Below are positions 18,449 to 28,481 of a DNA stretch of 64,000 bases, piece by piece; the stretch's first letter is position 1, and the number at the start of each line of letters is the position of its first letter. The position numbers and the translations under genes were made by a program. Source of the DNA: Candidatus Kaiserbacteria bacterium (GTDB taxonomy: Bacteria > Patescibacteriota > Minisyncoccia > Phycocordibacterales > UBA2100). The notes beneath the pieces were generated by a model that worked only from the letters and a program-made list of their open reading frames with translations, made no database searches and was not told where the DNA came from. The DNA lies in contig JAQBQU010000007.1 of assembly GCA_028286865.1 (NCBI GenBank), positions 5,888 through 69,887 of the forward strand, read 5' to 3'.

Positions 18449-20122
18449 TTACATCTTTTTGGGTGCCGGAATGCCCAAAAGCCAGAGTCCGTTCTTGAGT
18501 GTCTGGCGGACAATATCTACAATTGCGACTTTATGAGCTGCGGCCGGAGTGCCATCAAGGATCTGCTCCTGTGCGTACCAGCTATTGAAGGCAGCGGCGA
18601 GATTGATGAGATAGGTAGCCACCAAATGCGGCTCAAGGTCTTCCTGCGCACGGAGCACGATGTCTTGGAATCGAGCGGTCAGCCGCGCGAGATCACTTAC
18701 TGCGGCAGTGGTATCAATACTCACCACCACGTTCGAGGCGACAGCTTTCTCAATGATGGCGCACGTGCGGGCATGCGTGTATTGCAGGTAAGGACCCGAA
18801 TCCCCCTCGAGTGCGAGTGCCCGTTCTCGGTCGAAGATAATATCCTTTCCTGTTCCGCCTTTGAGGATCTGAAATTTCACCGCCGCAACAGCCACATCAC
18901 GCGCGAGCTGTTCGATATCATCCGCACGACTCAGTGCCGCGCGCTCTTTTGCAGCGATCACGAGGTCATTGAGGAGTGACTCTCCGGTTACCACGTTGCC
19001 GGTGCGGGACGACATCTTCCCCTCCGGAAGACGCATCATGCCGTGTGAGACATGTTTTGTTTTCGCTGCAAGTTCGGGGAAGATCTCCCCCATCGCCGCG
19101 AGCAGCACTTTGAAATACTCATTCACCTCGTTGGCGGTGATGATGATCGATGTGTCGTATGCGTATTTCTCGTGCTTGAGCTTTGAAAGTCCGAGCTCTT
19201 TCGCTTCATACGTCGGTAACCCTTCGGAATTGAGGAAAACGCGGGTATGCAGGCCGTGCTTCTCTCCTTCGTACACCACTGCTCCGTCGCTCTTTTTAAA
19301 GATGCCGTCGTCGATGTGCATCTCTACGATCTGTTTGCCGACAGGCCCCGTCTCGCTCTCGAAGAAATAGAAATCGAACTTCGTACCAAGCAACGCATAC
19401 AATTCTTCGAAGTGATCAAGGGACGCTTTTCTTCCCTCGTCATAGAGCTCGTTTATCTTTGTATCGCTTCGGTCGTACACTTTTTTATTAATATCCGTGA
19501 TCTCTTTCTTCGCCGGAGAGTCATCGATGTCCGCCGCTGCCCCTGCCGCATATGCGCGACCGAGCGCTTTCACATCTCCCGCCGATCCGCCGGCCTGCAT
19601 GAGTCCCCAGATAGCACGAGCAACATGACGCCCCACATCGCCCTGATAATTGGCACGTCGCACTTCCGCCCCGGAAAACGTCACGAGCCGCGACAATGAT
19701 TCCCCTATCGAGTTCGTTACGAGATGGCCGATATGGAACTCTTTGAACGGATTGGGATCGGTATATTCAACAACGATCTTCTTTCCAATGAGTGAAGGAT
19801 TTCCTCCCCACATATCGGGCTCGCTTCGTCCGCTTTCAAGATTCGCCCAAATGATCTTCGGGTCGACGGAGAAATTGATGAATCCGGGACCCGCGATATC
19901 GATCGAGGTCACGCCGGCGATCTCCCCCATCATTTCAACAAGCTTCTCCGCGAGCACTCGCGGCGCCATATTGAATTCTTTGGCATATGCGAGCGCCGCG
20001 CTCGTCGCATAGTCGCCATGCGAGAGGTCGCCGGTGAGATCGAGCGACACCTTGGGAGTTTCAACGCCCAAGCGCGTAAGTGCGGCAGAAATACTTTTCT
20101 CTATCGTTGCCCTGACGTTCAT
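18449..20122 (-). CDS. argS: Arginyl-tRNA synthetase
   Basis: DPNPFKEFHIGH (HIGH), C-terminal DALR anticodon-binding region. Start at ATG 20122. Confidence 0.95.
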   Translation of the reverse strand: MNVRATIEKSISAALTRLGVETPKVSLDLTGDLSHGDYATSAALAYAKEFNMAPRVLAEKLVEMMGEIAGVTSIDIAGPGFINFSVDPKIIWANLESGRSEPDMWGGNPSLIGKKIVVEYTDPNPFKEFHIGHLVTNSIGESLSRLVTFSGAEVRRANYQGDVGRHVARAIWGLMQAGGSAGDVKALGRAYAAGAAADIDDSPAKKEITDINKKVYDRSDTKINELYDEGRKASLDHFEELYALLGTKFDFYFFESETGPVGKQIVEMHIDDGIFKKSDGAVVYEGEKHGLHTRVFLNSEGLPTYEAKELGLSKLKHEKYAYDTSIIITANEVNEYFKVLLAAMGEIFPELAAKTKHVSHGMMRLPEGKMSSRTGNVVTGESLLNDLVIAAKERAALSRADDIEQLARDVAVAAVKFQILKGGTGKDIIFDRERALALEGDSGPYLQYTHARTCAIIEKAVASNVVVSIDTTAAVSDLARLTARFQDIVLRAQEDLEPHLVATYLINLAAAFNSWYAQEQILDGTPAAAHKVAIVDIVRQTLKNGLWLLGIPAPKKM

Positions 20123-20144
20123 GCGGGCATTGTACCTTGTGAGG

Positions 20145-20183
20145 CACAAAAGAAAACGACCCCTTGCGGGGCCGTTTTCTTTT
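20145..20183 (-). terminator. Intrinsic terminator after rplK
   Basis: Hairpin aaaacggcccc-gcaa-ggggtcgtttt, then a T-run on the minus strand. Confidence 0.7.
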
Positions 20184-20189
20184 GAAGAA

Positions 20190-20618
20190 TTATTTAAGGT
20201 CGGTCGTGATGCCCATTGAGCGAGCAGTTCCGGCGATGATCTTCTTTGCGTGTTCGAGGTCGTTGGCGTTGAGGTCCTCCATTTTCTCCTTGGCGATGTC
20301 CTCTACCTGCTGATTCGAGAGCTTCGCTACCTTATCAGCATGAGGACGCTGAGAACCCTTTTCGATGCCTGCAGCTTTGAGGATGAGGCGAGAAGCCGGC
20401 GGCTTCTTGACGATAAAGGTGAATGATCGGTCCTTGTAGACGGTCATGAGGACCGGTACGACGGAGCCCATCATCGGACGCGTGAGGGTGTTGAACTGGT
20501 TGACGAAATCGCCGATGTTCACGCCGGCCGGACCGAGCGCAGTACCCACCGGTGGAGCTGGGGTAGCCTTACCGGCCTCGATCTGGAGCTTAATGATTTT
20601 TGTTATTTCTTTTGCCAT
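20190..20618 (-). CDS. rplK: 50S ribosomal protein L11
   Basis: [25 protein letters not shown] is the L11 signature. Confidence 0.97.
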   Translation of the reverse strand: MAKEITKIIKLQIEAGKATPAPPVGTALGPAGVNIGDFVNQFNTLTRPMMGSVVPVLMTVYKDRSFTFIVKKPPASRLILKAAGIEKGSQRPHADKVAKLSNQQVEDIAKEKMEDLNANDLEHAKKIIAGTARSMGITTDLK

Positions 20619-20627
20619 AAATATTGA

Positions 20628-21173
20628 TTAGACACGCTGCACCTGGTCCGCCTCGAGCTCCACCGGAGTCTCTCGACCGAACATCGGTACGAGCACTTTA
20701 ACTTTTCCGCGCTCTTCGTCAATCTCTCCGACTTTTCCTTCGAGATCCTTGAAAGGCCCGTCGATAATAATAACTGCATCCCCTGCTGCAAGATCGATCG
20801 CGTGGCGCACGGTGTCTCCCTCTGATCGCTTGAGAATTTTGTCCACCTCTTCCTGAGAGAGCGGTACGGCCTGGTTCGCGGTGCCCACGAATCCGGTGAC
20901 CTGCGGAGTGTTGCGGACAACGCTCCATGCATCATCGGTCGCGACCATGTCCACGAGCACATAGCCGGGGAAGATCTTCTCTTTGGTCTCGGTGCGGCGA
21001 CCGTTCTTGATCTTGATCTTCTTTTCGATCGGAACGACGACATTGAATATCTGTTCTCCCATACCGAAACTGTCGATACGCTGCTTCAAATTGCGCGCGA
21101 CCGCATCCTCGTAGCCGGAGTAAGTGTGGACCGCGTACCACTTTCTTTCTGTCCCGTGAGTTTGTTTGGCCAT
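20628..21173 (-). CDS. nusG: Transcription termination/antitermination factor NusG
   Basis: KWYAVHTYSGYE NGN domain, C-terminal KOW (GDAVIIIDGPFKDLEGKV). Start at ATG 21173. Confidence 0.95.
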   Translation of the reverse strand: MAKQTHGTERKWYAVHTYSGYEDAVARNLKQRIDSFGMGEQIFNVVVPIEKKIKIKNGRRTETKEKIFPGYVLVDMVATDDAWSVVRNTPQVTGFVGTANQAVPLSQEEVDKILKRSEGDTVRHAIDLAAGDAVIIIDGPFKDLEGKVGEIDEERGKVKVLVPMFGRETPVELEADQVQRV

Positions 21174-21174
21174 A

Positions 21175-21459
21175 TTATTGATTTGTTGTAGGAGCAAGCG
21201 GATTGGTGTTGACCGGGGTGGTGTTCACCTGTGTCACCTGGATCGGGCTCGTCGTTGCAGTGGTCGGTGTCGGGGTGCGGTCGATCACCTGCTTGATACC
21301 GCTCGTGAAAAGGTAGTCGAAGACACCGAGGTACAGCGCGATACCGACAGAGATCGCGGCGACGAGTATCGTGTACACGATCGTCTGCAGCTGCGTCGGC
21401 CAGGCCACGTGCCTGAGCTCGCCCTGTGTCTCTTTCAAGTATTGTCCGAATCCGGCCAT
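21175..21459 (-). CDS. secE: Preprotein translocase subunit SecE with Thr/Pro-rich tail
   Basis: ELRHVAWPT motif plus a single TM helix; position upstream of nusG-rplK. Confidence 0.85.
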   Translation of the reverse strand: MAGFGQYLKETQGELRHVAWPTQLQTIVYTILVAAISVGIALYLGVFDYLFTSGIKQVIDRTPTPTTATTSPIQVTQVNTTPVNTNPLAPTTNQ

Positions 21460-21547
21460 ATATCGAAGTGTTTAAGCGCTCCTAATCAAAAACCCCTTGC
21501 GGGGCCTTTGAAATACAGTATACCGCCGTCCGGCCGAAAGTCAATCC

Positions 21548-21850
21548 TTAGCCGAGGAGCGTGGTGAGGAAGCGCGACAGCGCCTTGGCCTCCGTGGAGG
21601 GAGCGACAGAATAATGAGTGTTTCTGCCGTCTTTTGCCGCCTTGACGATCTTGGCCCGTGAGAGCAGCGCGAGCTGGTGACTGACAGCGGAATGCGTCAT
21701 ATCGATCTCGGAAGCGAGCTCCTGCACGGAGCATGTCTTGCGTGAAGTGAGGGTCGAGAGGATGAGGGCGCGCGTCGGACTTGCGACCAATCTAAAGAGC
21801 TTCGCGGCGCGTGTTACGCGCTGGCGGTATATCTTGGAGACCATGAACAC
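21548..21850 (-). CDS. ArsR/SmtB family transcriptional regulator
   Basis: 100 aa; winged HTH LFRLVASPTRALIL...VQELASEIDMTHSAVSHQL. Confidence 0.85.
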   Translation of the reverse strand: MFMVSKIYRQRVTRAAKLFRLVASPTRALILSTLTSRKTCSVQELASEIDMTHSAVSHQLALLSRAKIVKAAKDGRNTHYSVAPSTEAKALSRFLTTLLG

Positions 21851-21852
21851 GC

Positions 21853-22668
21853 TTATCGGATCTCGTACGTCACGCTCACCTCTGAGGTGATCTTATTCTG
21901 TCCGACCGCTACTTCCGGAGCCGGAGCGGCAGCGACCGAGTCCATGGCCATGCCGGCGCTCGCCTTGGTGGCGTAGTAGTACGGCTGATTGTTGTTCTCA
22001 TTGAACCCGACGACACGAACGACGGAGACGCCGAGCGACTTCGCGAGCGCGTCGGCCTTTCCCTTTGCTTCGGTGATCGCCTTATCGCGCGCCTGAGCTT
22101 CGAGTCCCTTCTGGTCGTCGATCGTGAATGAAAGCGATGAGACCGATGACGCGCCCTTGGAGCCTACGCCGGAGAGCAATGCTCCCGCCTTCTGCGTGTC
22201 GCGGACCTTCACGGTAAGGGTGTCGGATACCTGGAAACCGACGAGCGTCTGCTTGCCCGGACCGCAGTACGTTCCTGAAGGACACACTGTGTTGGAATAA
22301 TCATATTGCGGATTCACACTGTAGTCGGTCGTCTGAATGTCTTTTGCATCAATGCCCTGTGATTTGAGGTACGCGATGATCGCATTGCCTTTGGTATTAG
22401 CGGCGGTCTGGGCCGTCGTCACATCCTTACCGGTCTCGATGACCGACACGGTGAATGTCGCGGTGTCGGGTACTGCGAATACTTGGCCTTCCCCGGTGAC
22501 AGTAATGGTATTGGTCGCGGCGACCCCCGAGCCGATATAGTGATACCCCTTGAGCTCGGCAAATGATGCAATAAGAAGGAACAGTGCCAACATCGCGAGC
22601 GCGATCGAGGCGAACATGCGCGGATAATGAGTCGCTACGATGATCTCTTGAGCTGTTCGTTCTTCCAT
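21853..22668 (-). CDS. SIMPL (DUF541) domain protein, membrane anchored
   Basis: N-terminal TM helix, then ITVTGEG..AVPDTATF..V and a C-terminal ..ITSEVSVTYEI pattern typical of SIMPL. Confidence 0.75.
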   Translation of the reverse strand: MEERTAQEIIVATHYPRMFASIALAMLALFLLIASFAELKGYHYIGSGVAATNTITVTGEGQVFAVPDTATFTVSVIETGKDVTTAQTAANTKGNAIIAYLKSQGIDAKDIQTTDYSVNPQYDYSNTVCPSGTYCGPGKQTLVGFQVSDTLTVKVRDTQKAGALLSGVGSKGASSVSSLSFTIDDQKGLEAQARDKAITEAKGKADALAKSLGVSVVRVVGFNENNNQPYYYATKASAGMAMDSVAAAPAPEVAVGQNKITSEVSVTYEIR

Positions 22669-22767
22669 AGTATGAAAATTATGTATTAAATAACCCCTGG
22701 TACGTTTGTATGACGTTGGGATGAAGACATCCTTACCGGATATATTCGCACCCGTCTTTATATTATA

Positions 22768-23526
22768 TCAGTTGCCGGCGACTTCGATCGGATGACGGGC
22801 CTCATCTTTGAGAAACGCGGCGTGCTCCTGCGGGAACAGCCACAGTGCGATGTGATAGATCGTGAACGTTATGAAGAATGCAGATGCGACGTCGATGGAA
22901 TAATGGATGTGACCCAGCAGCACGACGCCCGCAAGGAATACTGACCATGCCAGAAATATGTACCGCAGCCAGTGCTCCCTCCAGTATACGAGCGCCATCA
23001 GGAAGGGTGCCCCGGTGTGTCCCGAAAAGAAGAGGTCATCACCGAAGAATACTTTGCTCAAAAAGATCCCGATGCTCGACGTGAACTGGATCGCGGTATG
23101 GACCGGATACGGACCGATGTGGGTCAGTGTGATGAATCCCGCGCGGATGAAGAAGAACAGTGCGAGGCTGTGAAGTGTAAAGGTGATCCGCTTGGGGCGA
23201 AGCAGGAGAAGCAGGAGAATGAACGCAATGAGCGCGACCGCACCGTATACGAAATACCCGTCGACATCAAAGACCGCGGTGTGATCGAGAATGAGATCGG
23301 TGACCGAGTTACTTGCCGCCACGGTGGCATATGCGCTCGCCATGTAATTGGCATAGATGCTCGCGGCAAAGACAAGGATCGCCGCGGCCGCGGAGAACCA
23401 GTGGTCAGTGAGCCCGAAGAACTCAGCGTAGCGACGCGAGACAATATCAAGCTTCCAGGGCCTTTGTGACGGCTTTGCCATAAGTTCGTATAGAGCGAGT
23501 ATACTATGGGCATGGATATTGCCCAT
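22768..23526 (-). CDS. PAP2_C / sphingomyelin-synthase-like phosphotransferase family membrane protein
   Basis: GDDLFFSGHT and HYSIDVASAFFITFTIYH match the SMS/PAP2_C D3 and D4 motifs; polytopic. Start uncertain (23526 or 23481). Confidence 0.65.
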   Translation of the reverse strand: MGNIHAHSILALYELMAKPSQRPWKLDIVSRRYAEFFGLTDHWFSAAAAILVFAASIYANYMASAYATVAASNSVTDLILDHTAVFDVDGYFVYGAVALIAFILLLLLLRPKRITFTLHSLALFFFIRAGFITLTHIGPYPVHTAIQFTSSIGIFLSKVFFGDDLFFSGHTGAPFLMALVYWREHWLRYIFLAWSVFLAGVVLLGHIHYSIDVASAFFITFTIYHIALWLFPQEHAAFLKDEARHPIEVAGN

Positions 23527-24102
23527 GCGACAGCGCTGCTGTTGGAATATAAGTACCTGATCATGCTCCCGCTTGCCGTGATCGAAGGCCCCATCCTCAG
23601 CATGGTCGCGGGATTCTTTATCCGCGCCGGAGAGCTCTCGCTCATCCCTGTCTTCATAACGCTTGCGGCGGGAGACCTCATCGGAGACACCCTGTGGTAC
23701 TGGCTCGGCAGGTCATACGGTCACCGCTTTGTATCGCGTTTCGGTAAGTATGTTTCGATAAGCGAGGATAACATCGCAACGCTCCAGCGGGTGTTCCAGC
23801 GGTATCACACGCCGATACTCCTCTTCTCGAAGCTCACCATGGGACTCGGCTTCCCGGGAGCGACCCTCTTCACCGCCGGACTCTCGCGCGTCCCCTTCTG
23901 GAGATACATGGCGCTCAACACCATCGGCCAGGTGATATGGACCGCGTTTCTGATCGCTATCGGCTACTACCTCGGTCAGCTCTATCAGCAATTCAATAAT
24001 ATTCTCGGCATTCTCTCGGCCATGGGTATTATGCTTGTCATATTCGCGCTTCTGGTCGGATTCGGTAAATACGTCCGTTCCCGACTCACCGAAATAGTAT
24101 GA
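23506..24102 (+). CDS. DedA family membrane protein
   Basis: LPLAVIEGP..AGDLIGDTLWYWLGRSYG is the DedA/SNARE-associated signature. Confidence 0.85.
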   Translation: MGMDIAHATALLLEYKYLIMLPLAVIEGPILSMVAGFFIRAGELSLIPVFITLAAGDLIGDTLWYWLGRSYGHRFVSRFGKYVSISEDNIATLQRVFQRYHTPILLFSKLTMGLGFPGATLFTAGLSRVPFWRYMALNTIGQVIWTAFLIAIGYYLGQLYQQFNNILGILSAMGIMLVIFALLVGFGKYVRSRLTEIV

Positions 24103-24794
24103 TCTCGATCGTTATACCCACCCGCGAAGAAGAGCGCTCGATCGAAAAGACCATCCGGCAATTCGAGTCACTCTCTATCCCCCACGAAGTGATCGTCTCC
24201 GACGGCAAGAGTGCGGACCGGACCGTCGGGATCGCCCGCGCTACCGGGGCGCGCGTTGTCGTGAACGAATCCGGCGTGCGCTCGCCGTCGAAGCAGCGCA
24301 ACGACGGCGCACACGTGGCGGAGGGAGAATTTATTCTCTTTATAGACGCGACCGTCATCATGCCGGATATACAGATGTACCTCACCAAAGCGCTCAAGCA
24401 TTTCGAAGACCCGAAGGTTGTCGCCCTTGCGGTCCCGCAATGGATCTATCCGGAGAGCGCCACACGGACCGACCGCATCATGCTTACCATCACCAACTGG
24501 ATGCTTAAAGTGCAGAAAATGGGCTCGGGTAAATTCGTTCTCACCCGCAGAAGTGCATTTGAGAAGCTCGGAGGCTACCGCGAGGATCTTATGACACGCG
24601 AGGACGGAGACTTTTTCATCAGATCGAAGACCATCGGCACGGTCGTGTTCGATACCGATCTCCCCATTTATTATGCCGGGCGCCGCGAACACGCCTGGGG
24701 GTGGCCGAAACTACTCTATGTATGGGTCCGGGATACGATATCCGTCATTCTTTTTGATAAATCGGCGTCCGAAGATTGGGCTCCGGTACGGTGA
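24099..24794 (+). CDS. Family 2 glycosyltransferase
   Basis: ISIVIPTREEE...VSDGKSADRT...IDAT (DXD-like) GT-A fold motifs. Confidence 0.85.
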   Translation: MISIVIPTREEERSIEKTIRQFESLSIPHEVIVSDGKSADRTVGIARATGARVVVNESGVRSPSKQRNDGAHVAEGEFILFIDATVIMPDIQMYLTKALKHFEDPKVVALAVPQWIYPESATRTDRIMLTITNWMLKVQKMGSGKFVLTRRSAFEKLGGYREDLMTREDGDFFIRSKTIGTVVFDTDLPIYYAGRREHAWGWPKLLYVWVRDTISVILFDKSASEDWAPVR

Positions 24795-24795
24795 T

Positions 24796-25848
24796 ATGGG
24801 TATTGAGGGCAAGAAAATAAATCGCCGCGACCTGCTCAAGGGCGCCAGCGCACTTGCCATTACCGCCTCACTCGGCGGCGATACTCTTACCGGCATGAAT
24901 GAGGGCCTCGCGAATGACGCCGAAAAAAGAAGCAAGACGCCGCTCGAGAGAGCATTCGGCGATGAGCTCGTTATCGGCGGCGAGACAACCGAGGTGATAG
25001 ACATTCAACCCGAGAGCCCCTCGACAAGACCTCTGACGCTTGTTGCCCCCGGGTTCAACGCATCGATCCATACCAATTCGCCCATGCTTGAGATGCTCGC
25101 AGATAATGATCGGCGCGTTCTTTCGCTTAATCAGCCGCGTGAAGCAAGCGAGATAGGCAACCTCTCACTCAACGAGTGGGAGAAGATCGCATCCTTCCCG
25201 AGGTCAGAGCTGCAGAAGGCATCAAATCTTCTTGAGTTGCTGGACAAGAAAGATGTCTCTGAAAAAGTAAACGTACTTGCCTTTTCTGAAGGCGCATTGA
25301 ACACACTTCTTGCCGCCTACCTGAGGCCCGAAAAATTCAACAGCATCGTGCTCTCCGCTCCTGCAGGGCTCATAGGTTCAGACAATTTGATCAGTCTTGC
25401 ATTGCGCTATCGATCGCAAGCGCAGACTGATAATTCGATCGGCATTCCGTCACGAAAAGATTTTGTGTCTCAATTTCCTGAGCTTGCAGCTCAGGAGCAG
25501 GCGATGATCGATCATATTGCAGCCGCTTGGAAAGACGATGAGGTAGAAGCGGGCAAACATAAGCTGGCCAGCATAAAAGACCTCCTCGCGCTTTCCACTA
25601 TGCAGATAGATGATCTCGTCGCATTCGCCCGAACAGCCGGTATCAAAGTCGCTGTTATCGCGGGGGTGGACGATCAGGCATTCCCTGCTGAAACGATGGC
25701 AAAGCGACTTCCGAAAGATTCGCTGGACGGATTCCTCTCAGTAAGAGCAGCGCACGGTCCGCAATACTCCGCCCGGATCGTGAATTATCTGTTTGACCTG
25801 CTGAATGCAAAGCGCGAGAAAGAAGCACGTGCCAACACGTCCCATTAA
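24796..25848 (+). CDS. Secreted alpha/beta-hydrolase-like protein with Tat signal
   Basis: Start at ATG 24796, giving MGIEGKKINRRDLLKGASALAITAS (twin-arginine signal). Nucleophile-elbow-like AFSEGA. Confidence 0.6.
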   Translation: MGIEGKKINRRDLLKGASALAITASLGGDTLTGMNEGLANDAEKRSKTPLERAFGDELVIGGETTEVIDIQPESPSTRPLTLVAPGFNASIHTNSPMLEMLADNDRRVLSLNQPREASEIGNLSLNEWEKIASFPRSELQKASNLLELLDKKDVSEKVNVLAFSEGALNTLLAAYLRPEKFNSIVLSAPAGLIGSDNLISLALRYRSQAQTDNSIGIPSRKDFVSQFPELAAQEQAMIDHIAAAWKDDEVEAGKHKLASIKDLLALSTMQIDDLVAFARTAGIKVAVIAGVDDQAFPAETMAKRLPKDSLDGFLSVRAAHGPQYSARIVNYLFDLLNAKREKEARANTSH

Positions 25849-25869
25849 CTACGCACATCCATGTACGTG

Positions 25870-26583
25870 CTATGCGCGCTGATCGGTGTAGGTCTTGGTG
25901 AATGATCGCTTGAAAAATACGTGCCAGAGCAAATTGACCGTATAGCGCGTATAGGTGCGCATGATCCCCTCTTTCAGGAGTCGGCGTGCTGATGTCTCGA
26001 TCGGAAAATCCATTCTCAGTAGGGTCGGTCCGCTCTTCGATAGTCGTCGCGCAATGTCGGCATCCTCTCCGTAAAATACGATGCCGCGATCAAAGCCGCC
26101 GATCTCTTGCAATGCGCTACGGCGAGCAATGAAATTGCCCCCGATGATAAGAAATCCCGCCGTGAAATACGGTATCGGTAACGTGATCCACTGGAGCGGA
26201 ATGACGAGCGCCTTGAGATACGCAGGTCCATCGTAATACCGGACGGGGCCCGTGAGCGATACCGCCTCGGGATGTTTCGTGAGATGTCGCTCGGCCGTCT
26301 CGAACCAGTTCGGCGTGAGGCGGCAATCGGCATCCATATAGGCGACGTACTCTCCGCTTGTCTGTTCAAAGCCGCTCTGGCGCGCATGAGTGAGCCCCTT
26401 GCGGTCCTCGCGGACCACGCGAGCACCTTTTGCTCGCGCGACCTCTGCCGTCTTGTCGGTCGATGCATTATCAACAACGACGACCTCCTTGAACTTCCCG
26501 GGCGCGTATCGATTGATCGAATCCAAGCATCCTCCGAGATATGCCTCTTCGTTGTACGCAGGTATGATCAGTGTGATTTCCAT
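25870..26583 (-). CDS. Family 2 glycosyltransferase
   Basis: ITLIIPAYNEE..VVVVDNASTDKT..YMDADC GT-A motifs. Confidence 0.85.
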   Translation of the reverse strand: MEITLIIPAYNEEAYLGGCLDSINRYAPGKFKEVVVVDNASTDKTAEVARAKGARVVREDRKGLTHARQSGFEQTSGEYVAYMDADCRLTPNWFETAERHLTKHPEAVSLTGPVRYYDGPAYLKALVIPLQWITLPIPYFTAGFLIIGGNFIARRSALQEIGGFDRGIVFYGEDADIARRLSKSGPTLLRMDFPIETSARRLLKEGIMRTYTRYTVNLLWHVFFKRSFTKTYTDQRA

Positions 26584-26585
26584 AT

Positions 26586-26661
26586 TGGGGCGATCGCAGG
26601 GAATCGAACCCTGATTGAGAGCTCCACAAGCTCCAGTGTTAACCGTTACACCACGACCGCC
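26586..26661 (-). tRNA. tRNA-His (GTG), G-1 and CCA encoded
   Basis: Manual fold: acceptor GCGGTCG/CGATCGC with an extra 5' G, anticodon loop TTGTGGA, T-loop GGTTCGATTCC. Confidence 0.9.
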
Positions 26662-26713
26662 ATCTCGGTGCCCCTACTATATACCAAAATAACTGCTCCG
26701 ACGCGAGACGTGG

Positions 26714-27814
26714 TCAGTGCGTGATCGTAACGGTCGGCTCCGCCGCGGGCACTTCGACCGCGACAAAGGTGATGCGGCCGATGATCTGCCCGTACTGCGT
26801 TTTCACATTCACGCGCCACTTGCCCGGCGTGATGCCGCTTTTGATCGAATATCCGCGATACCCGCCGTCGCGGCCTCCGTTGATCTGAAAGCGAAGTGTA
26901 TCGGTCGTGATCCAGTTCTTGCTCGCGATGTCGTAGCGCTGCCACTCGTGGATGAGTGCCGTCGAGAGACCGGTGGGCGCGAAGACGGCGCTGTATATCC
27001 ACGCGCTCTCTCCCTTTGTGTAATGAAATTCGATGCTCCGGAACAGAAACGGTTGATACCACGCTTGCTGCTCGGCTGCGAGCTGATACTCGGTCCCGAT
27101 GCGGGTCACTTTGTGATACACGCCGGATTCTTTCAGAGCAAGCGGGAGCGGCGGTATCGCATTAGAGAAATAGAGAATATTGAACACCACGTAGATGATA
27201 GCGATGGCGCGCATGATGCGCAGGCGTTGCGGCCGCGCCAATTCCGGCACCAGGTATTCAATACAAAAGAAGAGCGCTGTGATGACAAGGAGTGCGGATA
27301 TTCCGCTGACTACGAACATCCATGGCCCGATCGCGCGGAAGATGACCGGCAAGAAAAAGGCGAAAAAGGCGAAGAGCACGGTGAAGTACAGCGGCATCTG
27401 GAACGAGAGACGTACATAGAGCTTACGAAAACGCTCGTTGCCCAGGAGCAGGAATGCAAGCACCACCACAAATATCCAACTGAGCGCAAAGGATGCGCTT
27501 CTGCTGTAGAGGCTCAAGAATCCGCTGAAGAGGCCTCCGAAGGCGAATTGGATCACGATTGGAATGAAGGGGGCAACGGCGAGTACCCATCGGCGCTTCC
27601 ACTTCCCCGCCTCGATGAGATTGATCAAGATGATGCCCGTCATTGAGAGAACGAGATAGAAGATGAGGAGCAGGTTGCTCCGAAGCAGGTCGACGCGGCG
27701 GAGCAAAACAAGATTGTCCGCGAAGAATCCGGCGATGAGGGAAAGCGGCGAAATGTACCGCTCATACCAATGGATCAATTCCTCAGTGCTTTTCGGGAGG
27801 TACCGGCGGATCAT
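26714..27814 (-). CDS. Polytopic membrane protein with C-terminal DUF2914-like domain
   Basis: 366 aa. Multiple TM helices, then a soluble C-terminus (HEWQRYD..GGYRGYS..PGKWRVNV) resembling DUF2914. Confidence 0.6.
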   Translation of the reverse strand: MIRRYLPKSTEELIHWYERYISPLSLIAGFFADNLVLLRRVDLLRSNLLLIFYLVLSMTGIILINLIEAGKWKRRWVLAVAPFIPIVIQFAFGGLFSGFLSLYSRSASFALSWIFVVVLAFLLLGNERFRKLYVRLSFQMPLYFTVLFAFFAFFLPVIFRAIGPWMFVVSGISALLVITALFFCIEYLVPELARPQRLRIMRAIAIIYVVFNILYFSNAIPPLPLALKESGVYHKVTRIGTEYQLAAEQQAWYQPFLFRSIEFHYTKGESAWIYSAVFAPTGLSTALIHEWQRYDIASKNWITTDTLRFQINGGRDGGYRGYSIKSGITPGKWRVNVKTQYGQIIGRITFVAVEVPAAEPTVTITH

Positions 27815-27872
27815 GCGGTCATGATAGCAAAAGGTCCGACAATTGTCGGACCTTTTGCGCTTCTGTCTTTTG

Positions 27873-27954
27873 TGCCCAGGGGGGGACTCGAACCCCCATG
27901 CCTTTCGGCGCTACCACCTCAAGGTAGTAAGTCTACCAATTTCTCCACCTGGGC
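27873..27954 (-). tRNA. tRNA-Leu (GAG)
   Basis: Manual fold: acceptor GCCCAGG/CCTGGGC, anticodon stem-loop CTACC-TTGAGGT-GGTAG, long variable arm. Confidence 0.9.
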
Positions 27955-27999
27955 TTCGCGGGCCATTCTAACAGAGAGAGGGAAAATCGCGAGCACTTC

Positions 28000-28037
28000 A
28001 ACAAAAAAGACCCGTGATCGGGTCTTTTTTTGTTTTG
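28000..28037 (-). terminator. Intrinsic (bidirectional) terminator after rplS
   Basis: Hairpin agacccg-tgat-cgggtct flanked by A6 and T7 runs. Confidence 0.8.
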
Positions 28038-28048
28038 ATTCTTGAGAG

Positions 28049-28471
28049 TTATTCGGTGGCTGCAGCTTCGGCTGCCGGCTCTTCTGCCTCGACTTCCGCC
28101 TTCGCGACATTCGCTGCGGTCATGAGCTTGGTGCGGCGGAGCTGGCGGCGAGCTTCACGGGCGACCTTGTCGCGGATGAAGTAGAGTTTCGCGCGGCGGA
28201 CGCGGGCACGCTTGAGGAGTTCGATCTTGTCGATCATAGGAGAGTAGAGCGGGAAGATCTTCTCGACTCCCACGCCTGATGCGACGCGGCGGACCGTAAA
28301 GGTGCCTCCCGCCTCAGTACCGTGCTTGCGGGCGAGAACGAGCCCTTCGAAGGCCTGGAGGCGGGTCTTGCCCTTTTCCTCGATCTTCTGGAATACACGC
28401 ACTGTGTCCCCGGGACGGAGGTCCAGGTTCTTGCGCTCTTCCATGTTTACCGGCGATATTGTGATGGCCAT
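28049..28471 (-). CDS. rplS: 50S ribosomal protein L19
   Basis: LRPGDTVRVFQKIEEKGKTRLQAFEGLVLARKHG is the L19 signature. Start at ATG 28471; the track ORF extension runs into tRNA-Val. Confidence 0.93.
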   Translation of the reverse strand: MAITISPVNMEERKNLDLRPGDTVRVFQKIEEKGKTRLQAFEGLVLARKHGTEAGGTFTVRRVASGVGVEKIFPLYSPMIDKIELLKRARVRRAKLYFIRDKVAREARRQLRRTKLMTAANVAKAEVEAEEPAAEAAATE

Positions 28472-28481
28472 ATGTCGCGGC

